A stretch of DNA of 64,000 nucleotides, taken from contig MU058285.1 in the NCBI GenBank assembly GCA_013265495.1, positions 1 to 64,000 on the forward strand, written 5' to 3'. How positions within the stretch are numbered: the stretch's first letter is position 1; every line of letters starts with the position of its first letter. The DNA comes from Vicugna vicugna. Taxonomy: Eukaryota. This document shows positions 1 to 12,215 of the stretch, in pieces. Both the position numbers and the translations under genes were made by a program. The notes under the pieces are model-generated. The model was not told the origin of the DNA and searched no databases. It saw only the letters and a program-made list of their open reading frames with translations.

Positions 1-234
1 GAGAAATTTAAAATTTTTGTAGTGATGTTCTTTCAGTAATTCTTAAGTTATTTATTTCTCCTAGAATAGCTCAGATTTTAAACAAATGTCACCTTATTTG
101 ATTTCTAGAATGAAACTATCAATTGTAATATTTGATAGGCTCATAGAAGATGCATTTTTGATAAAGTACCTTAAAAAATTCCATAGGAAATACGTTTGCT
201 TCTGCCATGATTGAGCATCTTAGTCTGGCCGTAT

Positions 235-424
235 GGTTGCCAGATTTCACAAATAAAAATACAGGATGCCCGAGTTTGAATTTCAGGTGAATAATACATA
301 CGTTTTTAGTATAGGTTTAGCTCACGCAATTTGGGACATACTTCTATTTTAAAACACTATGGTTTATCTGAAATTCACATTTAACTGGGAAATTCAAAAG
401 GTCCCGTATTTTGCCTGGTGTCTC
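235..424. mobile_element. MER53-like palindromic hAT MITE
   Basis: Starts ggttgccagatttcacaaataaaaatacaggatgcc and ends gtcccgtattttgcctgg. Internal arms gaatttcaggtgaat / gtttatctgaaattc are complementary. Matches recalled MER53 consensus. Confidence 0.85.
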
Positions 425-1090
425 CACCTGGTAGGTGACTCTTCTAGCCTACAGTCTCCACAGCGAAGACTGTGGAAAACCTCCCACGTAGACACGCCCC
501 TCAAGACTTCTCAGCCTTTTTGCCAACCTCTTACTGTCCAAGTGCAGGCTCCTAGTGTTAAGAAGTGAACCCCTGCCCTTTGCTGTCCTTGAGAAAATCC
601 CACGCCAGCTTCACATGGAATTGCTGAGCCAGCACGACAGAAGGTCGCCAAAGTGATTCCTGGGTTCTCTGAAGAGAGTCGCTGGAAGAAGAGCTTTGCC
701 TGCGCTAGCTCTGTGAGCTTTCATTCCCAGTGCTACATTAAACTCTGAGGACCCTGGGGCCTGAGTATTCAGACTAGCTTTCATTTTGATCTTACCCAGC
801 AAGACACAGACCTGGGAGGAAGCCATCTAACATAATGGGCATCATATTTTACCTTTGCCTTCCAGACCCCATGCCTTGCAGTGAGGAATGGCTACAGAGA
901 ATACCAATTTATCTTGCAAGTCACAGAGAGTATGTCTGGGAAGAGTTAGAAACCAACCCCATATTGTTTCTTTTCCTTATTTGTGGGGGAAATAGCATGG
1001 GCCTTAGGCATGTATTCAGTGGTACATCCTGGTTCTCGCATTTGTTTATCTCACTCAGGGTCACCTGTCAGCCTTCTTTAAGAAATTCTG

Positions 1091-1372
1091 AACTCACAGA
1101 CTTCACAAACAATCTTATGGTTACCAGGGAAAGGGTGTGGGAGGGGGTAAATTTGGGAGTTTGAGATTTACAAATGTTAGCCAATATATATAAAAACAGA
1201 TTTAAAAAAGTTTCTTCTGTATAGCACAGGGAACTATGTTCAATATCTTGTAATAACTTTTAATGAAAAAATATGAAAATGAATATATATATATGTATGT
1301 GCATGACTGGGACATGGTGCTGTACACCAGAAATGGACACATTGTAACTGACTGTACTTCAATTAAAAAAAA
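1091..1372 (+). mobile_element. Young L1 3' end (camelid-type), 5'-truncated
   Basis: cacagac..cttatggttaccaggg..gggagtttgagattt..gctgtacaccagaaa..gactgtacttcaatt followed by an A tail. Near-identical to copies at 24972, 45853 and 53241. Preceded by a TT/AAGAAA endonuclease-type site. Confidence 0.9.
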
Positions 1373-1599
1373 CAGAAATATTGAAAAAAAATCTTTCTTC
1401 AGAAATAGAGGGGAAAATGCAGCATTTCAAACCTCCCATGTAATATATATATTTAACTTTACTCGAGCAGGTACTTAAAAAAAACCTGATAGTATGTGCA
1501 TAGCATTATGTTTGTAGGTATAATGGCTGTAACAGGGGTAGTATATATACGGTAACAGGTATAGTGGTGTAATAGGGATGATGGTTATGATGGGTGTAA

Positions 1600-2070
1600 T
1601 GGACAGGAAATGAGAATTCTTGTCTCAGTGAGGTTATACTCTAACAGGGAGGCTGATATCTGCATATGAATCAGCCAGGCAATGATACAAAGCTGTATAT
1701 GAACAAGTGCCAAGACTGACCATAGACAGAACAAATGCACAGTAGTTCACTAAAGCAGGAAATCCACGTAGGCTCGAGTGGACCTTGAGGGATGGATACC
1801 AGATGAATTAAGGAAAGAGGTTAGGAAGCATAAAGGAAGGCTGAGAAGGAGCAGGAGCACTTGTGGGCCAATGAGAACCAGGTTTAGATGGAGGAGAGGA
1901 TCCCTGTGGAGGGAATGGAGAGACATTTGCACAAGGAGAACGATGCAACACCATCACAGGTATGGAGTTTACTTGTTCCCATAGGTGATGGGGAGCTAGC
2001 GGAGATTTTTGAATTGTAGAATAATATGATGAAAGTACTTTGGCAACTGTTTGGAAGCTGGAAAAGAGGG
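1600..2070 (-). mobile_element. L2 fragment (degraded)
   Basis: Purine-rich L2 antisense-type text (gaccttgagggatggata.., gagaaccaggtttagatggag..). Confidence 0.5.
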
Positions 2071-3061
2071 GGAAAAACATGGATTTTACCACAGCGTAGG
2101 TGTGACGTGGTTGTGCACATTTACTCTGTGTTAGTGTGAAAGCCAACAAAAGACTTCTTAATGCTTGTAAATCAGTCAAAGTAAAAACACGCAAAGGTAC
2201 CCAGAGACACATGTAACACTTAAAGCACACACTCTGCTTCCCAGAGAATTGCTCTTCACTGCGCTGTGCAATCCCCAGGAGAAGCACGTTGAAGGCGGAG
2301 TAAATTTCTTTCATTCCCTCTGTTCTTTGACGTAAATGCATCTAGATTGAGCTGCACATTGTGTTCCTTCTGTTTCTTGGTATTCCATCGTCACTATATT
2401 GCAAAGGAGGAGGGCTCAGAAACGACAGCCCTTCTTATACAAGAACAGTTTTTGATTTTTTTTTCTGAAGATTCTGCAAGGCTTCATGATTATAAATAAA
2501 TCAATACCAGAAAGAGTGATCTCCTTTTGTTGCATAATTTAAAAGAGTCTTTCAAGAGACACAGTTAAGTGTTAAAGGAAATCCTAGCCACAGTCAATTC
2601 CAGAACAATTCCTAGACCTTAGAAATGCAAAGCCCATTTGTGGTGTGCAAATGAGAACACGTTGTCTTTTTTAAAAAACAAGCATTTTAAGAGAAAACCA
2701 AATAAATTAAATGAATAAAGTGTCCTGTAAGTAACACATAGATTTAAAACTTGGTTCTAACTAGTTGTTCCTGTGTTGTTGAAAAAAAAAAAGGTTATAG
2801 AATCCTGAGAGAAAACAGAATGGGAATAATGTTATTCTTAAAAGGCTTTGACGTTCCAAAACAGATTTCCTGTTACTTTAGTACCTATAACTTGTTTTTA
2901 TTACTGCTTGCAAGTTAATCTTGATTTTTATTGTTGTCTTAATACCAAAGTCCTCTGGGCTGTGTCTCCACATGAACTCAAAAGTAAAGGATAAAACTGG
3001 ATTAATTCACATACTTGCCTCAAGTCTCTGAAGGACTTTGCTTACTCAAAAAGTCAATCTC

Positions 3062-3982
3062 TGCATTAGTCAGGCTTCTTCAGAAAAACAGAACCAATAA
3101 GATCTGTTGGTGTTACTGGGAGGAGGGCAAAAAAAGATACCTCGGTGCTTTGTCACCCTCCCCCAAAGAATTTTTAATGAGAAACAGAAAGCGTAATATA
3201 AACAAAAAGATTTTATTAGTAAAGTAAAAAGATAGTAAAATACAGTGCACTCCTGAGAATTGGGGGCAGGCCAACCCAAGGGAGGACGAAATGGCACCGT
3301 TCCTTTGTTTCTCCTGTCTTATATCCTGGCTTAGGCAACATTTTAGTGATTGATTGACTGATTGACAGCTCAGGTTCCTTGTGCTCAGGCACGCCCGTTT
3401 CTTTTGCGCATGTTCTTACCCATGATGCACACGGAGAAACCTACAGGAAGAGGCACAAACTGCAATGTTAATTACATTATAATGAGCACTGGGTCAAGTT
3501 AAACCAGATCCTTCTCTCTACTGTGCAGTCACAGCATTTGATTCCAGCCAGCTTCTTTGCTGGCCCTCAGCTGTACTATAATTTTCTGGGTGGCTCCCTC
3601 CCCTTTCCTCTCCCCTTGCCCTGTGCTCATTTCTATCTAACTGCCTAACATTGGTACCAGAGCAATCAACGGTATAAGTCCCAGTCTGAGTCCAAAGGCT
3701 GAAAGCCAGAAGCTTTGATATCTGAGGGCACAAGACGGATATCTCAGCTCAAGGAGAGAGAGTGAATTTGCTCTTTTTCTGTCTTTTTGTTCTATCCAGG
3801 CCCTCAACAGATTGGATGGATGCAGGCCACTTTGGTGAGGGCTATCTTCTTCACTCAGTCTACTGCTTCAAATGCTAATCTCTTCCAGAAATGCCCTCAC
3901 AGACATACCCCAAAATAATGTTATAACAGCTGTCTGAGCATCTTTTACTCCAGTCAAGTTAACACATAAAATTAACCATCAC
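3062..3982 (-). mobile_element. MLT2 (ERVL, MLT2D-like) LTR interrupted by a younger LTR
   Basis: Left end tgcattagtcaggcttcttcagaaaaacagaaccaataaga. Right end ccagtcaagttaacacataaaattaaccatcac, the reverse complement of the MLT2 start TGTGATGGTTAATTTTATGTGTCAACTTGACTGG. Confidence 0.85.
3111..3650 (-). mobile_element. ERV1-type solo LTR (MER41-like lineage)
   Basis: TGTTA...TAACA termini. Exact 4-bp TSD ttgg at 3107-3110 and 3651-3654. Minus-strand AATAAA at 3212-3217 and a TATA-like ggatataag near 3320. Confidence 0.88.
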
Positions 3983-4139
3983 TGTCTCCATGGCCATAGT
4001 GGATAAATGGTGATCTTTCAGAAGAAATTCACCAACTCCTTCTGTCCCCTCAGAGCATTCTGTGTTATTCAAATTTATATTTAGAAGTGGGGAGAAAGAC
4101 AGTAAAGAATCAATTGGTCCCTTTTTTAATGCATTTACT

Positions 4140-4690
4140 AATCTGATAAGTGCTATGAAGGAAAATTGTAGAATGCTATTAGGCAATCTAATTGGGGAAA
4201 ATTTATGTATGTCTGGAGATTCCCTGAGGAAATGATATTAAATCTGAAACTGAAAGATTGATACGGGGAGGAAGGTGAGGAGCAGAAAAGAGAACATCCC
4301 CACACAGGAAACTGCTTATGCAAGGACTTAAAAATCAAGAAGCAGTAGCTGCCACACGAGGAGTAAGAAGGACCACGAGTGCTGTAGGAGCTTGCCGTCT
4401 CAGCCAGAGGGACCCTGAGAAGACATGATGGTAGTCTGAACTAAGGTTGGGCAAAGAGGGGTGGAGACATTTTGATGGAGTTGAGAGATATTCACAAGGT
4501 AGAAATTTCAGGGCTTGGATTTTGACTGGCTGTAGGAGATGAGAGAGAGGGAGATTTCAAAGATGACTTCTAGATTTGTGAAATGGGTAATACGTTGGGA
4601 AAGGAGATATTGCAGAGGATGAGTTGGGAGAAACTTCATTCAGATTGTAAGCTGCTTGAGAGTAGAAACTGTGTTATCAAGATTTTGCCT
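4140..4690 (-). mobile_element. L2 fragments
   Basis: gataagtgctatgaaggaaa.., ctgaggaaatgatattaaatctgaaactgaa.., gatttcaaagatgacttctagattt are typical antisense L2 text. Confidence 0.6.
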
Positions 4691-6479
4691 GTGTGCTGTA
4701 AAGACTCAGTGAAGATTTATGAGATAAACGAATCGTATATTTATAAAAGTCTATTTTAAATGATCGTGGGACTTTGGTATAACATTTTTCTTGGATAAAG
4801 ATGAGTTTTCTCAAGAGTTTCTGCTGATAGAGTTCACAGATTTGAATCAGAGAACATTCATGTTTGGTGTGAACAGTTCCTCCATACACTCAAGGGCAGT
4901 GCTTGTGCTGTAATTTTGTACTTTATTGCTACTTCTTTTTATTAGTGGAAAATGCTAATTCCTGAGATGTAGCCACATGCTATTCGGCAACTTTATGGCC
5001 ATATTAGAGCAAATTTAATGTGATTCACAGTTTCAACAAAGAACAGCATTTATATTGTAAATTCGGTAGTAAAGAAACAAACATTTATTCTGGGACTTTT
5101 TTGTCCAACACTATGTTAACAGGTTATAACAAGGTTTTAGTCCTCATAGTCATCCTTTCACAAATCTTAAGTGTTGTTGCCTTGATTGCAGTTTCTTCCT
5201 ATTGTATAACATTTCTGGATTTTAACAGTACTTAGAGTGTATTTTTTTCTGAGAAATTTTTAGTACTTTGTAGTTTTTATTACTAAGCATGAATAATAAA
5301 TGTAAACTTTCTTTAAACTCACAGAAATTCATACAACCAATTTATTCTGCTCTCCTTGAAAAGAGTCAGTTAGGAAAGCTGGTGTCTTTCAGAATCAGTG
5401 CTGCCAATGACTCCATACACCCAAGAGAAACTCGCTGTTCTTACGTTTAATGACACACAGAATCCCTTTGTCTGTCTCTTTCCCCTTCTTGGCTGGAGTT
5501 AGGGCCACATAACTGTCTTCTGCTGAGACACTTGAGCACAATCTTGAAGCAACACAAGGGCCTTGTGCAGCGAAAGGCAGAGCCATGAGGATGTCAGGCC
5601 AAAAGGAAACAGGGAATGGACTAAGATTGAGGTGGGAATGACAGGAAAGAGATAGTGATTTGTGTGTCCTCTGTCTGTCCAAGATAAATATGTGTGGTTA
5701 AGGTGACATATAAAATATCCATCAACCCCTGTGGCCTGGCTACCTACAGTCTGAACTGATGCATCACAAATTAGGACAGAAATGAACTACCAATCACCAA
5801 AAGAACACCAATCAGAAATGATTGTTAGAGCTTACAGGTGCCTTCTAGCTGAATATCAGTCTGGGGAGTAATTTACGAAGTGGGGGGAGTATGAGTTTTA
5901 AGAGGGCTTGGGTTCCCTGCGCTATACAAAATTATGTACTTATTTGTCTCTATAATGGGAAATAATCGATCTGAAAAGGAATACAGTAGCATGTTTTAAC
6001 AGTCAATTGTTTTACTCTCAATAAATATATTTGTTAATAAAAATTAATATCTGTGTTATTCTGAGACATTGTGTATATTTAGTTAGTACCTTATAATTTA
6101 TGAAGCACTTCCAAGGCTGCAGTCTCACCTGATTCTTAATAGACTCCTGAGAGGTAGAGAACAGAGAAGTCAAGTAATTTGCCCACGACCATATGGCTAA
6201 TAGAGAATCATCGTTAAGACATGACTTTTAGAAAGATGTGACACTGTGAAAATTAACTGATGGATTTCCTTTAAAAACATTGAATGCCTTCTGAGTAACA
6301 TAAGAAGGCTTAAAATTATACTGAAAATAAGTAATAACTATTTTTTTCTTAAGAAATAGTGAATAAGCTAAGCTCTGACAGTGTGGTTTGTGCTTATGTA
6401 AATAAATAGGAAAGCACCTATTTCTTGGCCTCTCAAGACAATTGATCTTAATTCCGTGACAAATTTAGCTCTACCCACT

Positions 6480-7380
6480 GTCCAGCTGTTGATTCCTTAA
6501 TACTGTTTCTCCGGTAAAATGGACCAGGTGTCCTCAGAGATATCACTGATCCTAGAGAAAGGACAGAAAGAAATACAAGATCTGTCTGGGCCATTGCACA
6601 CTGCCAGAAAGTAGTGTGAGAAACAACAACAACAATAAGAAAAAAAAACAAAACCAGAAACGAAAGAATGAGGACATGTTCGAGGGGCACCAGGAGTCAG
6701 TCTGAAAGAACTCCCAATGGCTAAAGCCAGAACAATTTGAGCAACAGAACTAGTGTTAGACTATAATATAAAATATAATATAACTATCCACGAGTCCATG
6801 TTAAATTATCTATTATTGAATAAATAAATTGAGACAAAAGTAAATCTTCCTTACAGAAAAACTCCGAATAATATATATGCATAATCCTCTCTCCAGAAAA
6901 TTGAGTTTACTACCCTTCCCCGATTTGAGGACAGATTTAGTGGCTTGCTTCCCAAAAATAGTGTATGAAAAGGGAAAAATAGTAACTTTACAGTGAAGAA
7001 ACTTGGCAAACATCCCTCTTACCCAGTGATCAAGGTTAGCCTCACTGGTGTTAAGTCATTTCATATCATGTACCTGTCCCTGATATATTTTGGTGAGAAA
7101 GCACTTTACGTTTGATGTAATCTTTCCAAAACCTTGTAACCTCAACCTAATTATAAGAAAAACATTAGACAGACTCAAATTGGATGATATTTTATAAAAT
7201 ATCTGACAGAACTCCTCAAAAATGTCAAGGTCATGAAAAACAAAGTGCGAGGAACTGTTAGAGACCAGAGAAGCCTAATCAGAGACATGACAAATAAATG
7301 TATTGTGGAATCCTGGATTGGATACTGGAACAAAACTTGGACATTAATGGAAAGAATGGTGAAACCTGTATAAACCCTGA
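6480..7380 (+). mobile_element. Old L1 3' UTR (L1MC-like)
   Basis: agtaactttacagtgaagaaacttggcaaaca, gtgatcaaggttagcctcac, ctcctcaaaaatgtcaaggtcatgaaaaacaaag and gaatcctggattggatactggaaca are L1MC3/4-like motifs. Confidence 0.8.
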
Positions 7381-7574
7381 CGTTTGGAAAATGTTAAAAA
7401 AGTATCACCTTTCTGTAATGATGTGAATGGGATGAATAAAAAACAAATTGTGAAAGCAGAACTGGCTATTTAGTGAAATGAGAAGAGAAATGTGGAAGGT
7501 TAGTATTTCCTGCAAAGCTTTGTTATTTATCAAGTTCAATTTGGTATCCTTGGAGGAAGAACAAGAAAGATGTA

Positions 7575-7988
7575 CCTGTTTCCCTGCTATTCAAAAGCAG
7601 AGTGTTCCTATAAAAACCTTTTGGAAGCTGAAAAGGCATAAAGTGAAGAAGCAATTACCTTGGGACACATCCTGCTAACAATGCACAAAATAAATCGAGA
7701 TGAAACACAGACGCTCACAGACACAGTTCAAAGATACGGCAGCTCCATGCTGAGTGCAGTTCCCGGGGAAGGAGCTTGGCGGTGCTGCTCTGGCTTCCGG
7801 AGTGCGTGCAAACTTTATAACAGCTCACTGCAAAGCAAACGCTGAACACTGCTTTCCATTTTCACCTTTTTCCGTAAAAGTGAAAACCGTCCTCAGATTT
7901 CTTTTGTTTAGTGAAAACAGGTGCCAGTGCAGGTCATTCATTAAAATGAGGTGGCATAAAGCAACTTTCAAAAAGTGGAGGTTACCTA
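7575..7988. mobile_element. Non-autonomous Tigger (Tc1/mariner) element
   Basis: About 414 bp, flanked by TA (7573-74, 7989-90). Degenerate TIRs cctgtttccctgctattcaaaag / ctttcaaaaagtggaggttaccta. Resembles a recalled laurasiatherian Tigger MITE; exact name uncertain. Confidence 0.75.
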
Positions 7989-8771
7989 TATTCATTCCCT
8001 AATGTTGAACTTATTCGTTTCTCAGTAACATGATCAGTGTAGGGTTTTTATATCTCTAATCTGGCCTGATAGGAGGAAGCTACTAATCCATTTTTCATAT
8101 CTAAATAACTTCCAAGTGACTTAATATTTTTGTTTATATTCCCAGATTTTCTCAGTCAATTCCCCTGTCTTTCAAACTGCATGCATAAGATGCCAAAGAA
8201 AATAGTAAATTCAGTGAAAAAAAATTCATTCTGTGGTTGGGTGTTGTTTTGACAAAATAACATGACTGATGATGGCTATTTTTCCAATCTGAGTAGTTGA
8301 GGAGAAGCAGTCCTTATCCTGCCAAATGACAGTTTGGGGAATTTTTTCATGAGTTGAATGACTTGTCAATACCTACAATGCAGATATAGACAGCATCTTC
8401 ATAATGCCAGATTTCCAGATAATGATAGAAAAATTCACTCTAATCATCCTAGTATTTGGAAATATCCTGACAATTAGGTGCCCTTTTCACTGTATATTCA
8501 ATAATTTTGTATTAATTAAATGTTCACACATTTTAATATAAACTTTTAGGTAATATAACGCTGTGAAATAAACTAATTTTCTTAAAATGGAATAACCAGT
8601 TTTTTTAATATACAGAAATTAAAACACTAAAATCCATCATCACATCTAAAATACTTCTGAGGTGGCAAATCTAACCTTAAACCATGAAAGGATGGATGCA
8701 TTCCTAAATGTGAATTATCAGATCTAAATAGGTAACCAACAAAAATGTTAAGGATATTATTAGTCTTTAGT

Positions 8772-8930
8772 GGGGAGGATACAGTTCAGTGTTAGAGTGT
8801 GTGCCTAGCGTGCACAGGGTCCTGAGCTGGATCCCCAGTACCTCCATTGCAAATAAATGAATGAATAAGAATAAACCTAGTTGCCTCCCTCCCAAAAAAA
8901 CAAATGAAAATATTTTAAAAATTAAAAAAA
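8772..8930 (+). mobile_element. tRNA-derived SINE (camelid vic-1-like)
   Basis: ggggaggatacagttcagtgttagag (A box)...gtcctgagctggatccccagtacctcca (degenerate B box), then aaataaatgaat..aaacct.. and an A-rich tail. Homologous to the copy at 52166. Confidence 0.85.
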
Positions 8931-9706
8931 GATTATTCGCTTTTGATTTCTGATTTTACACATTTTTCTATATTTCCTCATATTTTACATTTTATATATT
9001 TCCTCAGAAGATTATAAAGTCAAATACAATAAGATCTCTTCTTTTTTTCTAAGAAAAATAATTCTATGGGAAGAAATATTATTTTGAAGAATATTAACTT
9101 ATTTCCTAAGGATATGTTAGGCAGCTCTTACTGCTTTTTTCATTTCCTCCTGTCGGGTTATGGCCTCTCAAATCTGATCCTTGACATTCATGTCCTTGAA
9201 ATTGGAAATTATTTCTTATCCACGTTCACTGAAGTTTGTACCTGCTGAGATTTGTGGGACAATGTTTTAGTGAGGCCACTATACACGGGATGGGGTCTTC
9301 CACTTCAGACCTGAGGGAAAGTGCCCATTTTCCTCAGCTTAGTGGAACCACTGCAATAAACCTCCGGGGGTAAGAATAACAGAGAAGGCTAGAATGGAAA
9401 TTTCCAAGACTTTGTTAGCAATAAAATGTTTTAACAAGGACATTTTCCAGAGTTATCTGATTCTTGGGTGTAATAAATCCTCTGCTAGGAGTCCGTGGAA
9501 AATGGTCTACAGTAGTCAGGGTTTGTGTTAATGGGTTCTGGAACAGAGGCAACAGAATGTTCTCTCTTTCTGTCTCTCTCTCTGTTTTGTTTGTCCCAAG
9601 TGTAATCTTTGGTCAGAATTCTTGCTCCCAATTTCACCCTGAGTCTGTTTGGAGTGTGGGCTTAGTGAAAAAATTTTTTTTTTTTTTTTTTTGGTTTCCC
9701 TTTTTT

Positions 9707-9779
9707 NNNNNNNNNNNNNNNNNNNNNNNNNNNNNNNNNNNNNNNNNNNNNNNNNNNNNNNNNNNNNNNNNNNNNNNNN
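9707..9779. other. Assembly gap (73 N) inside a T-rich / (GTTTT)n low-complexity tract
   Basis: Run of n flanked by poly-T (~9674-9706) and ttttgttttgttttg (9780-9800). Confidence 0.98.
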
Positions 9780-11678
9780 TTTTGTTTTGTTTTGTTTTGT
9801 GTTGAGCAAGGTAATTTTTCTTTACTTTTTCAGGCATTTTTCTTTACCACCTCAAAATCCATTGTGATTCTTTTTCTTTCTTTCTTTTTTTAAAAATAAA
9901 AACAGATCATGTGAAGAGTCTTGTAAAGTCATGTCCGAGGAACTCAAATGCAAGTGTCTTGATTCTGGCTCCTTGGGAATATGAGTAAGATGAGGAACAA
10001 AGGATGAGTCACTTCTGCCATCCAAAAAACTGAAAACTACTGAATATTTTGCAAGACATTATCATTAAGATTTCTAAGACTGTGTAGTGGAATTTATGTG
10101 CTCTGGTTTTCAAAGTAATATGCATTTATTACATTTATTTAGAAGATACAAGATAAGAAAAAGAAGACACTGTTCAATCAAAATCTCACCAAGATAAAAA
10201 TATTAACATGTTGGATTGCTAAAAATTTTTTCTATGAAATTTTTAAATAGTTCCTTAATTTTTTTTCTTTTAGAAAGCCTTTTGGTTTCTTTTGAATCTT
10301 TAATTTTTTCACAAAATTCTTTAATAGTTTCCATACTTATGTCTTTAAAATCCTTAGAAAAAAATAATCTTAAGGTAATTCTTTTTGTATTTATGTGTTT
10401 ATTTTTAAAAAGTAAAACAAATGCTCTTTTTTGCTATCATTGTCTTTGGTTTAGTGCTTCTTTGTAAGTGATTCTTGATTTATTTCTCTTAAAGGTCAAC
10501 TTCTCAAGAAGCAAGTATACCCAAATTTTTCTAAAGCATGCTGTTTCTTCAGACACAGCTTTTTGAATCTCATCCCAATCTTTATAATAAACTTAGAATT
10601 AAGAAGACAGGATTATCTGGTGTTTGTCTTGCTAAGAGGAAGACAATGATGGATTAAAATAACATTGACTGCAAATGAAATAGGAGCACTCTGAATTTTG
10701 CATATGCTTCAATCAAGATTACTCCATGGGCTTCAATATTTTGTTTACAGTCATCGTGAATGTTAGACTTAGACTTATTCTTGACTTTCGTTTTTTACTA
10801 TCAGTATAAAGAATCATTGACCCAAAACATCTACTCATTTTTCTCATGAGACAGGTTAGAGGAGGAGGTAGGGAGGGGGACAAAGTGCTGTTAAGTCCAG
10901 TGTTGTGGTCTAGTTACCATCAGTTTTTTCAGTGACCACAGGTTGAACTTCTAATTGCAGCCAACTCTCTCAAAATAGTTGTTTTGGGTTACAAAGGGAA
11001 ATAAAGTGAGGGTGTGTGAGTCACTCTACATTCTTTAAAATTACTGGCAAAACAGTTTTCCTAAGGAGAGGCAGTAGTGCCATCTTTATCTTGAAAGGAT
11101 ACACCTTAAATAATTGAATGATATGGTAAACCTACAATGAAAGACATTGTTATTTAACCAGGGATTCTGCCTGTCTTGTGTCTTACAGCTAAGATCCACC
11201 ACAGCAAAGTAGCAGAAGTTCTGAGTTTACTGGACACCCCTGAGAAATCCAGCTGTCAGCAACAGCTTGCGGCTTCTGTACCTGAAACACAGCTGCTAGC
11301 TGTCCTCTAGAAATAGGAGTTTTTAGGGTAGAATTAGCTGAAAGAAGATAGCGCTTTTAACCAGAGTCAGAAATGTGCCCCTTGAAAAAGATGTGCAAAA
11401 TTTGGGCCCAAGAGTAGTCAAATTTATTGGAAATGCTTTATTAAGGAGCCTGGTGAAACAAGCCAGAGCCTGCCCCCTTCATGTCTCTGAAGAAATCGCC
11501 CTTAAAGGAGAGGCAAAACTGAGTCTGAGAAAGTCTTTTTTCTGCACAGGCTCAGAACATGCTGTGCAGGGCAGCCAATGCGTAGCTTCAAATTAACAAA
11601 TTAATTATCAGCCTCAGCTGATGTACTTACTTATATGAATTATAATTGGATATAACAACTACCAAAAAGCAACAAAAC

Positions 11679-12215
11679 TGTCCTTGGCGAAGAATAGGTT
11701 CTTGTCTAGCACAGGAAATAATTCAAATGTGAACCATAGTAAAGTGAAGGTAAGTTTATTCAGGGATACACGCACCCTGTAGACAGAATGCTAGCCATCT
11801 CAAAAGGTGGCAGGGAGAAAGACTGAGAGGTGTGGGGGTATTTAGTTTAAAGTAAAAGTAGATACACACTCTATAGATAGAGTGCAGTCCCTCTCAGAAG
11901 GCAAGAGAGAGAGCGACCACAAGATGTGGAGCCGTTAGTTTCTATGGGCTCAGCAATTTCATATGCTAATTTGTAGGAGGATTATTCCAACTACTTTAAG
12001 GAAGGGGTGGGGATTTCCAGAACCGCCCCTCCACCTACTTTTTGGCCTTTTTTGGTCAGCCTAGGAACTGTCATGGCGCCTGCGGGTGCGCCATGAGGCC
12101 AGGGTCTACTGGAAGTCCAGTCCTCTGCCATCTTGGTTCTAACTAGTTTGTCCTGTCCTGAACTGCTGTGCCCTTCCTTCAGTGGTTGTGCCCTGCCCCC
12201 TTCCCTCCTGGCTCA
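11679..12215 (-). mobile_element. ERV1-type solo LTR (MER41-like)
   Basis: TG...CA ends, minus-strand AATAAA at 11755-11760, motifs aactgtcatggcgc and ctgccatcttgg. Similar layout to the LTRs at 3111 and 33840. Confidence 0.82.

Noticed and set aside
1808..2341. Longest ORF (177 aa, minus)
   Set aside because: No recognisable protein; partly overlaps degraded L2; length is compatible with chance in 64 kb.
5790..5812. Two CCAATCA boxes 18 bp apart
   Set aside because: No CpG island, clear TATA/Inr or first-exon donor to support a promoter.
9464..9867. ORFs spanning 9.5-9.9 kb
   Set aside because: Artefacts of the N gap and poly-T tracts.
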